A DNA stretch of 64,000 nt from the NCBI GenBank assembly GCA_025450915.1, contig JANWLH010000124.1, positions 356 through 64,355 of the forward strand. The letters are read 5' to 3'. This DNA comes from Candidatus Limnocylindrales bacterium (lineage in GTDB: Bacteria; Chloroflexota; Limnocylindria; Limnocylindrales; CSP1-4). Below, in pieces: positions 8,557-17,333 of the stretch (the stretch's first letter is position 1; each line of letters opens with the position of its first letter). The position numbers and the translations under genes are program-made. The notes below the pieces were generated by a model, which saw only the letters and a list, made by a program, of their open reading frames with translations, was not told where the DNA came from and ran no database searches.

Positions 8557-11181
8557 TCAGGGCGCCTCCGCTAGCCGATGTGCCAGCCGGTCGCGAAGCG
8601 TCGTTCCGCTCGCCGCGATCCGTGCGGCCATGGCGGCCCGCACGGCCGGATCATCGATCGCCGCGATCGTCTCGAGCCATCGTACGGTGCCGTCGATGAC
8701 CGCGAGGATCGCCTCGGCGTCGTCGGCGGCGAGCTGGGGGTGATCCCGGACCTCGACGTAGACCGGCGAGGTGTGCGCCGCCATGCTCGTCATGAAGGCC
8801 GACTGGATCTGGTGCTTGCTGAGCGAGCGGGCGGCGATCCACGTTCCGGCCCGGACCTCGAGGATCGTGGCCAGGCGCAGCTCGGTGGTGCCGCTCGCGC
8901 TTGCCTCGCGGGCGACGACCCGCCCGTTCACGACCAGCTCGACGGCGCTGATCACGCGCTGGGCGGCCCGGGCCTGGACCAGGACCTCGAGCGTCCCGCC
9001 GGTCGCAGGCAGGGTCAGGACTGCACCCGGCTCGTGACCGTCGACGGACATCAGGATGACCGGTCCCGATGTGGCAAACGTGCGGCCGGCCCGGACGGCC
9101 GCTGACCAGGCCCCGAAGGTGGGCGCGACATCTTGCTCGAGGTGGGCATAGGTCCTGACAGCCCCCAGGGGCACTTCGGCCGACATCTTGTCGGTGCCTC
9201 CGACGACGGGCAGCCGGTAACCGCAGTTGAGGAACCGATACCACTCGAGAATCGACGGGTTGTCGAGGCCTGGCGCGAAGCACTGCATCTCGAGCGCGTC
9301 GATCCGGCCGGCGACGATGTCGGCGGCTATCTCGGCTAAGGGCAGCGGGAAGTGGGCGCCGACCACGAGGCCCCCGGCGGCGTGGCACTGGTCGGCCCAG
9401 TCCGCGAGGAGCTCCGTGACGGCCTGGCCGATCCGGCCCTCCGGCGCGCCGCCCGAGGCGAACGGGGCCACGGGCCGACTGGCCCCGAGGAGCGCCAGGT
9501 GGCCGAGCATGTTCTGGCGATTCTCCGACCCGACGATCACCGAATGCCGGCCGCTCGGGTCGGGCTGCGAGCCCCAGGCGACGTCGGGCACGTTGATGAA
9601 ATGGTCGCCGAGCTGGGTGGCCAGGAGGTGGACGAACGTGACGTCCTCGGCCGCCGCCTGGAGGAGGGCCGTGGACGGCGCCAGGAAGTGGACGTGCGAG
9701 TCGGACGTCACCCAGCCGGCGGGCCGCAGGTCGATCGGGCGATCGAGCTCGATCGACAGGTCCCGCGTGCCGGGTCCGACCGTCAGGGTGGTCCGGACCG
9801 GGCGGTGGTCGAAGCCCTTGACGACTTCGACGTCGACCGCGCCCAGCGGCAGGTCGACCTGGAACGCACCCGGCACATAGGCGTACGTGTCGGCCCCGAG
9901 CACGAGACCGGCGCCCGTGTCCTCGAAGATGCCCGGGTTGACCTCGTCGCGATGGCCGAGCGGCGGAAGGTAGCGGCCGTCGGCGGACACGAAGCGGACC
10001 CGTGCAGGAGCCGGCTCCCCGCCGGCGGACACGGACACCGAGACCCGGACCGATGGTTCGGGCAGCTGCCTGATCGAGAGCGTGCCGTCCGGACTCGAGA
10101 GCCCGCCCGCCGGACGGCCCGGCAGGTCCCCGGCGGCGAGCGTCCAGCTGCCGAAGGTGATCCTGGCGTCCGGCGCCAGGGCGACATCGACGATCCGGCC
10201 CGCGAGCGGTTCGACGGCCCGGCCCCAGCCGGCGGGAGTGGTCGAGCTGCCGGCTCCGGACCACCCGGCCGCCCGCTGGAGCGGGCGCGAGCGGATCGCC
10301 AGGCCGAGGTCGACGCCGGGCAGGCTGTCGGCCTCGTCGTCGCCCGTCACGAGCAGCTCGCGGCGGGGCATCAGGCCCAGGGGGCTGGCGGTGCCGTAGA
10401 AAACGGTGAGGCCGGCCAGCACGACGTCGGTTCCCGGCCTCCCCTCCCCCAGCGAGGTGAGCCGCAGGCTGGTGGGCGCTTCATCCTCCGCCAGCGCGAT
10501 CGCGTGCAGCCAGAGGGTCAGGTCGTCGGTCGCCGACGGGACGTAATCCCGGGCGCCGGACTGGCCGGCAGCCCACGTTCCGGGCAGCGTCGTCAACGGG
10601 CCCGCGTGTCCGGCCGGGGCGAGCCGGCCGGGCTCCTGGCGGGCGAACGGGCCGCGCCAATCGATGACCTCGTCGGCCCGGTGCCCGACGGCCTCGAAGG
10701 GCAGGAATCCCCAGCCGATGATCCCGTCGGCGATCTCGAACCGGCGCCGGACGTCGAGGGTGCGGGTCCGGCCGTTCGTCAAGGCAAGCTCGTAGCGGGC
10801 CAGCGGCTCACCGGTCGGCAGGACCCAGCCGACGGGCATCCCGGCTGGTCGATCCCCCCTCGGATCGCGCCAGCTGTCGGCGAAGTGGGCGACCACCAGG
10901 TGACCGGGGCGCGCGCCGCCGGGGGCCTTGCTGGACAGCTCGAGGCTGACGCCGTCGCCGGCGATGACCCAGCGACGGCCTGCGGCACGTGTCCCCAGGC
11001 TGAAGGGCAATCCCCGCAGGACCACGTCACCTTCGGGCAGCCGCCCGAGGCCGGCCCGGTACAGCGGATGGAGGCGTGCGCCAAGCTCGGCGTCGGAAGC
11101 ATTCCAACCGTTGGCCAGGTCGACCGGTCTTGCCAGTGGACTGACCAGGTGCAGGGCTGGGGCGGAGCGTCCGGTGGTCAT
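8557..11181 (-). CDS. Large PHP-domain metallohydrolase-like protein (CehA/McbA-like), paralogue A, 874 aa; N-terminal ~480 aa unassigned
   Basis: Single long ORF with GGAAGG upstream of ATG 11181. The C-terminal half has TSDSHVHF (DxHxH), GSENRQNMLGHLALLG, VVGAHFPLP and GGTDKMS, typical of PHP/CehA-McbA-type hydrolases. It is preceded by a beta-sandwich-like segment (RVRFVSADGRYLPP...VDVEVVKGF). There is no signal peptide. Confidence 0.85.
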   Translation of the reverse strand: MTTGRSAPALHLVSPLARPVDLANGWNASDAELGARLHPLYRAGLGRLPEGDVVLRGLPFSLGTRAAGRRWVIAGDGVSLELSSKAPGGARPGHLVVAHFADSWRDPRGDRPAGMPVGWVLPTGEPLARYELALTNGRTRTLDVRRRFEIADGIIGWGFLPFEAVGHRADEVIDWRGPFARQEPGRLAPAGHAGPLTTLPGTWAAGQSGARDYVPSATDDLTLWLHAIALAEDEAPTSLRLTSLGEGRPGTDVVLAGLTVFYGTASPLGLMPRRELLVTGDDEADSLPGVDLGLAIRSRPLQRAAGWSGAGSSTTPAGWGRAVEPLAGRIVDVALAPDARITFGSWTLAAGDLPGRPAGGLSSPDGTLSIRQLPEPSVRVSVSVSAGGEPAPARVRFVSADGRYLPPLGHRDEVNPGIFEDTGAGLVLGADTYAYVPGAFQVDLPLGAVDVEVVKGFDHRPVRTTLTVGPGTRDLSIELDRPIDLRPAGWVTSDSHVHFLAPSTALLQAAAEDVTFVHLLATQLGDHFINVPDVAWGSQPDPSGRHSVIVGSENRQNMLGHLALLGASRPVAPFASGGAPEGRIGQAVTELLADWADQCHAAGGLVVGAHFPLPLAEIAADIVAGRIDALEMQCFAPGLDNPSILEWYRFLNCGYRLPVVGGTDKMSAEVPLGAVRTYAHLEQDVAPTFGAWSAAVRAGRTFATSGPVILMSVDGHEPGAVLTLPATGGTLEVLVQARAAQRVISAVELVVNGRVVAREASASGTTELRLATILEVRAGTWIAARSLSKHQIQSAFMTSMAAHTSPVYVEVRDHPQLAADDAEAILAVIDGTVRWLETIAAIDDPAVRAAMAARIAASGTTLRDRLAHRLAEAP

Positions 11182-11204
11182 GGACTCGACCCTTCCGACC
11201 AGGA

Positions 11205-11234
11205 TTGACGCGCGGCAGACGGCGATGATACCTT
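11205..11234 (+). promoter_or_regulatory. Candidate promoter of the iolD operon (TTGACG-18-TACCTT)
   Basis: -35-like TTGACG at 11205-11210 and -10-like TACCTT at 11229-11234. The same -35 hexamer and the same spacing to the operator are seen at 19089 and 23931. Confidence 0.35.
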
Positions 11235-11237
11235 CAC

Positions 11238-11251
11238 TGCAATCGGTTGCG
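11238..11251. promoter_or_regulatory. LacI-type operator candidate, site 2 (TGCAATCGGTTGCG)
   Basis: Lies 4 nt downstream of the -10-like hexamer, in the 83-bp divergent region between paralogue A and iolD. The half-sites TGCAATC/GGTTGCG are near-palindromic. Confidence 0.5.
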
Positions 11252-11264
11252 CAAGGAGACCACG

Positions 11265-13151
11265 GTGAAGACTGTCCGGCTGACTGTGGGCCAGGCCGTT
11301 GTCCGCTTCTGCGCGAGCCAGTACGTCGAGCGGGACGGGGTCGAGCACCGGTTCATCGCCGGCTTCTGGGGAATCTTCGGCCATGGCAACGTGGCCGGCC
11401 TCGGCCAGGCGCTCGAGGAGCTCGGCGACGCCGAGGCGATGCCCTTCTACAAGCCGCAGAACGAGCAGGCCCAGGTCCACATTGCGACCGCCTTCGCCAA
11501 GCACCACAACCGGCTCCAGGCATACGCCTGCATCTCGTCGGTCGGGCCCGGCGCCCTGAACATGATCACCGGCGCCGCCACCGCGACGGTCAACCGGATC
11601 CCGGTATTGCTCTTCCCCAGCGACTACTTCGCCAACCGGGTTCCCGACCCGGTCCTCCAGCAGGTCGAGCACCCGATCGAGCGGGACACCAGCGTCAACG
11701 ACGCGTTCCGCCCGGTCTCCCGGTTCTTCGACCGCATCTCGCGGCCCGAGCAGCTGCTGGCCTCGCTGCCAGCCGCGTTCCGGGTGTTGACGGATCCCGC
11801 CGAGACCGGTGCCGCGACGGTGTCGCTGCCCGAGGACGTGCAGGCCGAGGCCTTCGACTGGCCGGTTGCCTTCTTCGAGCGGCGGGTCTGGCGGGTCCGC
11901 CGGCCGCTCCCCGAGGCCGCCGAGCTGGCCGACGCAGTGGGCTTGATCAAGACCGCCAAGGCGCCGGTCATCGTGAGCGGCGGCGGCACGATCTACTCCG
12001 AGGCAACCGGCGAGCTGGCCGAGATCGCCAGCCGCTTCGGGATCCCGGTTGTCGAGACCCAGGCGGGCAAGGGCGCGCTGGCCTGGGATCATCCCCAGAA
12101 CATGGGCCCGGCGGGGACGAACGGCGGCGTGGCAGCCAATCGCCTGCTCCGGGACGCCGACCTGGTGATCGGCGTCGGTACCCGGATGGGCGATTTCGTG
12201 ACGGCCTCGCAGACGTCGTTCCAGAATCCCGCGGTCGCGATCGTCGGCATCAATGTCGCGCCGGTCGACGCCCACAAGATGCGCGCCGTGCCGGTCGTGG
12301 CCGACGCGCGGGAGGCCCTCCGGGCACTCGTCAGCCAGCTCGCCGCGGCGGGCTACGCCGGGACGTCGGCGAGCTACCGGGAGCGCGCCAGTCGGTTCAA
12401 GCAGGAATGGGATTCGATCGTCAGTGCGCTGCGCACGGTCAACGGCGCGCCGGGCGACCTGGGCCAGGCCGAGGTGATCGGCGTGGTCAACGAGGTGGTC
12501 GGCGGGCACGCGGCGGTGATCTGCGCGGCCGGCAGCCTGCCCGGTGACCTGCTCCGCCTGTGGCGCGTCAACGATCCCAAGGCATATCACGTCGAGTACG
12601 GCTTCTCGTGCATGGGCTACGAGATCGCGGCCGGCCTCGGCGTGCGGCTCGCCGAACCGGACCGGGAGGTCGTCGTGATGGTCGGCGACGGCTCCTACCT
12701 GATGATGAACTCGGAGATCGTCACCGCCGTGGCCGAAGGTCTCAAGCTGACGATCGTGGTCCTCGACAACCACGGCTTCCAGTGCATCCTGGCGCTCCAG
12801 CGCTCGGTTGGCGTGCCCGACTTCGGCAACGAGCTCCGCTTCCGCGACAAGGGCACAAATCGCCTGACCGGTCCGTACGTGCCCGTCGACTTCCGGCTGC
12901 ACGCCGAGGCGATGGGTGCCCTGGCCCTCCTCGCCCGGACGCCGGACGAGCTGCGCGACGCGCTGGCCAAGGCCCGCGCCGCCGACCGGGTCAGCGTCAT
13001 CCTCGTGCCCACCGACCCCGAAAAGCGGGTGGGCGGCTTCGACTCGTGGTGGGACGTGCCGGTGGCCGGCGCGAGCCAGCAGGACGGCGTGCGGCGCGCC
13101 CGGGCTGGCTACGACGAGGCTCGGGTCCTCCAGCGGACCGACCTTCATTGA
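11265..13151 (+). CDS. iolD: 3D-(3,5/4)-trihydroxycyclohexane-1,2-dione acylhydrolase (ThDP-dependent, IolD)
   Basis: Lies in ORF 11247..13151. GTG 11265 is preceded by AAGGAG (11252-11257). N-terminus VKTVRLTVGQAVVRF..., GIFGHGNV, and a ThDP motif region (GDGSYLMMNSEIVT) are typical of IolD. Confidence 0.92.
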   Translation: MKTVRLTVGQAVVRFCASQYVERDGVEHRFIAGFWGIFGHGNVAGLGQALEELGDAEAMPFYKPQNEQAQVHIATAFAKHHNRLQAYACISSVGPGALNMITGAATATVNRIPVLLFPSDYFANRVPDPVLQQVEHPIERDTSVNDAFRPVSRFFDRISRPEQLLASLPAAFRVLTDPAETGAATVSLPEDVQAEAFDWPVAFFERRVWRVRRPLPEAAELADAVGLIKTAKAPVIVSGGGTIYSEATGELAEIASRFGIPVVETQAGKGALAWDHPQNMGPAGTNGGVAANRLLRDADLVIGVGTRMGDFVTASQTSFQNPAVAIVGINVAPVDAHKMRAVPVVADAREALRALVSQLAAAGYAGTSASYRERASRFKQEWDSIVSALRTVNGAPGDLGQAEVIGVVNEVVGGHAAVICAAGSLPGDLLRLWRVNDPKAYHVEYGFSCMGYEIAAGLGVRLAEPDREVVVMVGDGSYLMMNSEIVTAVAEGLKLTIVVLDNHGFQCILALQRSVGVPDFGNELRFRDKGTNRLTGPYVPVDFRLHAEAMGALALLARTPDELRDALAKARAADRVSVILVPTDPEKRVGGFDSWWDVPVAGASQQDGVRRARAGYDEARVLQRTDLH

Positions 13152-13227
13152 TCCTCACGACATCCACCACGACCCACCTGGCGCGGCCTGCCCATCCGCG
13201 CCCGACCGAGTAGCGAGGGAGAGAACC

Positions 13228-14466
13228 ATGCCAGGACCTGGGATCGAGCTAATCGGCGCGGAAGAGACCGCCGAAGTCCTCGAGGTGATCTCGAGCGGCT
13301 TCCTGAGCCGCTACGGGCCGTCCGACAATCCCGCATTCGGTGCGAAGGTCCACCGCATCGAAGGCGAGGTGGCCAGGCTGGCCGGCGTTCGCTTCGCGCT
13401 GGGCCTCAGTGGCGGCGGCTCGGCCGGGCTGTGGATCACGCTGCTCAGCCTGGGCGTCGGGGCCGGCGACGAGGTGATCGTGCCCGGCTTCACGTTCGTG
13501 GCCTCCATCTCGGCGATCGTCTATACCGGCGCGACGCCGGTCCTCGCCGAGGTCGACCGGAGCTTCGACCTGGACCCCGTCGATGTCGAGGCTCGGATCA
13601 CGCCGCGGACCAAGGCGATCCTCGTCGTCCACATGCTCGGCGGCCCGGCCAGGCTCGACGAGCTCAAGGCAATCGCCGACAAGCACGGCATCCCGCTCGT
13701 CGAGGACTGCGCCCAGGCGTTCGGGGCCACCTATCACGGGGTGGGCGTGGGTGGCATCGGGGCCGCCGGGGTGTACAGCTTCAACGAGTACAAGACGATC
13801 ACCTGCGGTGACGGCGGGATGATCGTCACCGACGACGAGGCACTCTACGAGCGGGCCTTTGCGATGCACGACCAGGGCCACGCCCCGGACCGCCTCGAGT
13901 CGAAGTACGCGCCCCGGCCGTTCCTGGGCATGAACTTCCGGATGACCGAGCTGTCCGGCGCGGTCCTGCTGGCCCAGGTTCGCAAGCTCGACATGATCAC
14001 CGCGCACCTGCGGGCCAACAAGGAGATCGTCCAGCAGTTCCTCGAGGAGGAGCCGGCGATCGAGTTCCGGACGCTGCCCGACCCCGACGGCGACCTGGCG
14101 ACCCACCTTGTCGTGGTCCTGCCGTCGGCCGACATCGCGACCAAGGTGGCCAGGGAGGTCGGCTCGATCACCCTGTCCGAATCGGGCTGGCACGTCTACA
14201 GCCGGATGAATCACGTCCTCGAGCGGCGGACCGTCACCGGCAAGGGCTGCCCGTTCAATTGCGAGATCGCCGACCACTCCCATGGTGATTACCGCATCGG
14301 CATGCTGCCCCAGACCGACGCCCTCCTCGAGCGCTCGATCAGCATCGGGATCGGCGTGCGCGATGCCAATCTCGCGCCGTTCGGCCTGCGCATGCGCGAT
14401 GGCGCAGACGAGGCCCGGACGACCGCCCTGACCTTCCGGGGCGCAGTCCAGAAGCACCTGGCGTGA
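13228..14466 (+). CDS. DegT/DnrJ/EryC1/StrS-family PLP-dependent aminotransferase
   Basis: ATG 13228 is preceded by GAGGGAGAG. Blocks GDEVIVPGFTFVASI, LVEDCAQAFGA and SFNEYKTITCGDGGMIVT (PLP lysine context) are present. It lies between iolD and iolC on the same strand. Confidence 0.9.
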   Translation: MPGPGIELIGAEETAEVLEVISSGFLSRYGPSDNPAFGAKVHRIEGEVARLAGVRFALGLSGGGSAGLWITLLSLGVGAGDEVIVPGFTFVASISAIVYTGATPVLAEVDRSFDLDPVDVEARITPRTKAILVVHMLGGPARLDELKAIADKHGIPLVEDCAQAFGATYHGVGVGGIGAAGVYSFNEYKTITCGDGGMIVTDDEALYERAFAMHDQGHAPDRLESKYAPRPFLGMNFRMTELSGAVLLAQVRKLDMITAHLRANKEIVQQFLEEEPAIEFRTLPDPDGDLATHLVVVLPSADIATKVAREVGSITLSESGWHVYSRMNHVLERRTVTGKGCPFNCEIADHSHGDYRIGMLPQTDALLERSISIGIGVRDANLAPFGLRMRDGADEARTTALTFRGAVQKHLA

Positions 14467-14482
14467 CCCCTTCAACCGGCCG

Positions 14483-15445
14483 GTGACGGACGCGTTCGTT
14501 ATTGGCCGGATCGGCGTCGACCTGACGCCGGAGGCGCCGCGCACCTCCCTGGCGGATGCCACGAGGTTCGTCCGCGCGATCGGCGGCTTTGCCGGGAACA
14601 TCGGCATCGGCCTGGCCAGGCTGGGCATCTCGACCGCGGTCATCTCGAGCATCGGCGACGACGGTCACGGCGATCACGTGCGGCAGGAGCTGGCCACCGA
14701 GGGAATCGACGTTGGCAGCCTGCTCACCCGACCTGGGTCCCGGACCCAGGTCGCCTTCTTCGAAGCGTGGCCGCCGGAGCATTTCCCGGTGACCTTCTAT
14801 CGGCCGGATCCACCGCCGGATACCCAGCTGGCGATGGCCGACGTCCCGCTGGCCGCCCTGGAGGTGGCCCCGATCGCGATCTTCTCGGGAACGCTCCTGG
14901 CCGCCGAGCCCGCCCGCTCAACGACCCTCGAGATGCTCAACGCCCGATCCGCGGCACGCCCGCGCCGGGGCACGTCATGGACGATTCTCGACCTCGACTG
15001 GCGGCCGACGCTGTGGGCTGATCCGGGGGCGTACCCGGCGCTCATCGACGCGGCCGCTCAGCTCAGCGACGTGCTCATCGGCAGCGATTCCGAGTTCGCC
15101 GCAGCAGGCCTGCGACCGGGCGAGGCCATCACGGCCGGGCGGGCGCTGACGGTCCTCAAGCACGGGCCCGGTGGCGTCACACTGCTGGCCGACGGCTCGC
15201 GCCGCTCGTTGCCGGGGATTGCCGTCGAGGTCGTCTGCGGCCTCGGGGCCGGCGATGCCCTCACGGCGGCGTTCGCGGCCGGGTTGCTCGCCGGGCTCGA
15301 TCCGATCCGCGCTCTCGAGCGTGGCAACGCAGCCGGTGCGATCGTGGCGTCGCGCCTGATGTGCAGCGCGGCCATGCCGATCCCCGACGAAATCGACAAG
15401 CTGCTGACCACGAGTCCGATCCGGCCCAAGGAGATCCGCCTGTGA
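14483..15445 (+). CDS. iolC: 5-dehydro-2-deoxygluconokinase (PfkB family, IolC)
   Basis: 320-aa ORF with GTG start. N-terminus VIGRIGVDLTPE..., GGFAGNIGIGLARLG, and C-terminal PfkB motif GAGDALTAAF. Confidence 0.88.
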   Translation: MTDAFVIGRIGVDLTPEAPRTSLADATRFVRAIGGFAGNIGIGLARLGISTAVISSIGDDGHGDHVRQELATEGIDVGSLLTRPGSRTQVAFFEAWPPEHFPVTFYRPDPPPDTQLAMADVPLAALEVAPIAIFSGTLLAAEPARSTTLEMLNARSAARPRRGTSWTILDLDWRPTLWADPGAYPALIDAAAQLSDVLIGSDSEFAAAGLRPGEAITAGRALTVLKHGPGGVTLLADGSRRSLPGIAVEVVCGLGAGDALTAAFAAGLLAGLDPIRALERGNAAGAIVASRLMCSAAMPIPDEIDKLLTTSPIRPKEIRL

Positions 15446-16368
15446 CGCGTCCTGATGAGCCCCGGGAACTGACGATCCACCCGGCGAAGCTGCCGTCCCG
15501 GCTGCCGCCCGAGATGCTCCACATCAAGCCGGGTGCCGATCGTGTCGTGGCCACGGATCCGGCGCGTTCGGGCTGGCGCTATCTCTCGTTTCGATCGTTC
15601 GGGCTGGCCGAGGGCGAGGTCGCGCTGCTCGATTCGCCGGAGCAGGAAGCGGCCATCGTCACGATCTCCGGTGGCGGCGTCGAGATCGCCCTGGATGGCC
15701 GCGCCAACCTCGAGCTGACCGGCCGGCCGTCGGTCTTCGAGGGCCTGCCCTGGAGTGCCTACATCCCGGCCGGGACCACGGCCCGGATCATCGGCCGGCC
15801 ACTGCCCGGCCAGCGGTCCGTCGTCGCAATCGCCCAGGCACCCCTGACCGGCCGGACGGGGATTGCCCGCGAGCCGATCGTGGTCGCCCCGAACGACGTC
15901 CAGGTCGAGCTCAGGGGCGCCGGCAACTGCACTCGCCAGGTCAACAACATCATGATGCCGGACTTCCCCGCCGACCGGCTCCTGATCTGCGAGGTCTTCA
16001 CGCCGTCGGGCAACTGGTCCGGCTGGCCACCGCACAAGCACGATGTCGACGATCCGCCCCGCGAGGCAGTCCTCGAGGAGACCTACTTCTACCAGTTCCG
16101 GCGGCCCGAGGCCTGGGCCATCCAGCGGATCTATCACCGTGACGGGTCACGCGACTTGCTGCTGCCCGTCCACCACGGCGACCTGGTGATCGTCGACCAG
16201 GGGTACCACCCGTTCATCGCCACGCCGGGCTACGACGCCTATTTCATCAACGCACTGGCCGGCGACCGGCGGACGATGGCCAACACCGACGACCCCGACC
16301 TCGCCTGGGTCCGGACGCTGTGGCCGGACATGGAACCCGATCCTCGCCTGCCGCTCGTCAAGCCGTGA
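15442..16368 (+). CDS. iolB: 5-deoxy-glucuronate isomerase (IolB)
   Basis: GTG 15442 overlaps the iolC stop (GTGA), with AAGGAG at 15428-15433. Blocks AGNCTRQVNNI, SGNWSGWPPHKHD and GYHPF are characteristic of IolB. Confidence 0.9.
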   Translation: MTRPDEPRELTIHPAKLPSRLPPEMLHIKPGADRVVATDPARSGWRYLSFRSFGLAEGEVALLDSPEQEAAIVTISGGGVEIALDGRANLELTGRPSVFEGLPWSAYIPAGTTARIIGRPLPGQRSVVAIAQAPLTGRTGIAREPIVVAPNDVQVELRGAGNCTRQVNNIMMPDFPADRLLICEVFTPSGNWSGWPPHKHDVDDPPREAVLEETYFYQFRRPEAWAIQRIYHRDGSRDLLLPVHHGDLVIVDQGYHPFIATPGYDAYFINALAGDRRTMANTDDPDLAWVRTLWPDMEPDPRLPLVKP

Positions 16369-17333
16369 TCGCGAACGGCTCCGGCGACGTCTCGCCGGCG
16401 TCCTCGGACGTGGCCGCGCGCGACGGCCTGCGCCGCCGCCTCCAGCGCCTCGGCGGCCCGGATGGGGTGATGGCGGGCATCGCCATCGACCATCGCGACA
16501 GCCTGCGGGTCACGCTCGAGAAGCGCGGTGTCAGCGGCCTGGCGATCGGCGACATGCGCCGGCTCAAGCTCGCCCTCACCCGGGTCCTCGCACCGGCGGC
16601 CACCGCCCTGATGCTCGACGCCGAGCTGGGGGCGCTCGCATTCGAGCAGGGCGCGGTGCCCGCCTCGACCGGGCTGATCATGCCCCTCGAGGCGCAGGGC
16701 TACGAGGTGGCCGGGGATGGCCGGACCACCAGCCTGCTCGGCGACTTCTCACCGGCCCGGGCCGTCGTGTACGGCGCCGATGCCTGCAAGCTGCTCCTGC
16801 CCTATCGCGCCGACGACGAGCCGTCGGCTGCGGCCCAGGATGCCCTTGCGGCGGCCGTGGCGAGGAGCTGCCACGCACTGGGCATGCCGCTGGTCGTCGA
16901 GCCGGTCGTCTACCGCTGGTCGACCGAGTCGGAGACGCAGTACGCGGCCGCGTTTCCTGGACTCCTGCTCAGCGCCGTCGGACGGCTCCAGCCGCTCGGC
17001 GCAGACCTCCTCAAGGTGGCCTTCCCGGTGCTCGACCTCGGCGCGACCGGCGAGCTCGGGGCGATCGACGCCTGCCGGGCGCTGGCCGACGCGTGCGCCG
17101 AGACGCCGTGGGTGCTGCTCGGAGCCGGTGTCGACGTCGACACGTTCGTCGAACAGATCCGGCTCGCCGGCTCGGCCGGTGCATCCGGGTTCCTCGCCGG
17201 TCGCGGGATCTGGGGCCCCGCCCTGGCGGTCGATCCGGGCGAGGCCGAGAGAATCGCCCGCGACGTGGCCTTGCCGGCCTTCGAACGCTGCCGGGAGGTC
17301 GCCCGGCGGACCGGCCGGCCGCTCCGGGCCTGA
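16365..17333 (+). CDS. Class I aldolase of the LacD/DUF2090 type; candidate 5-dehydro-2-deoxyphosphogluconate aldolase (IolJ analogue)
   Basis: GTG 16365 overlaps the iolB stop (GTGA). Blocks AIDHRDSL, KLLLPY and GADLLKVAFPV (Schiff-base lysine context as in tagatose-bisphosphate aldolase LacD). Its position directly after iolC-iolB fits this role. Confidence 0.75.
   Translation: MIANGSGDVSPASSDVAARDGLRRRLQRLGGPDGVMAGIAIDHRDSLRVTLEKRGVSGLAIGDMRRLKLALTRVLAPAATALMLDAELGALAFEQGAVPASTGLIMPLEAQGYEVAGDGRTTSLLGDFSPARAVVYGADACKLLLPYRADDEPSAAAQDALAAAVARSCHALGMPLVVEPVVYRWSTESETQYAAAFPGLLLSAVGRLQPLGADLLKVAFPVLDLGATGELGAIDACRALADACAETPWVLLGAGVDVDTFVEQIRLAGSAGASGFLAGRGIWGPALAVDPGEAERIARDVALPAFERCREVARRTGRPLRA

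Noticed and set aside
8651-11208. Long alternative-frame ORFs inside paralogue A (537 aa on minus, 618 aa on plus); the equivalent ORFs inside paralogue B lie at 21050-22363 and 21622-23809
   Set aside because: They overlap a 874-aa (or 860-aa) frame that has clear domain motifs and a paralogue. Their translations are Arg/Pro/Gly-rich with no motifs, so they are shadow ORFs.
11178-13148. 656-aa minus-strand ORF opposite iolD
   Set aside because: It is a mirror frame of an unambiguous iolD gene, with low-complexity composition.
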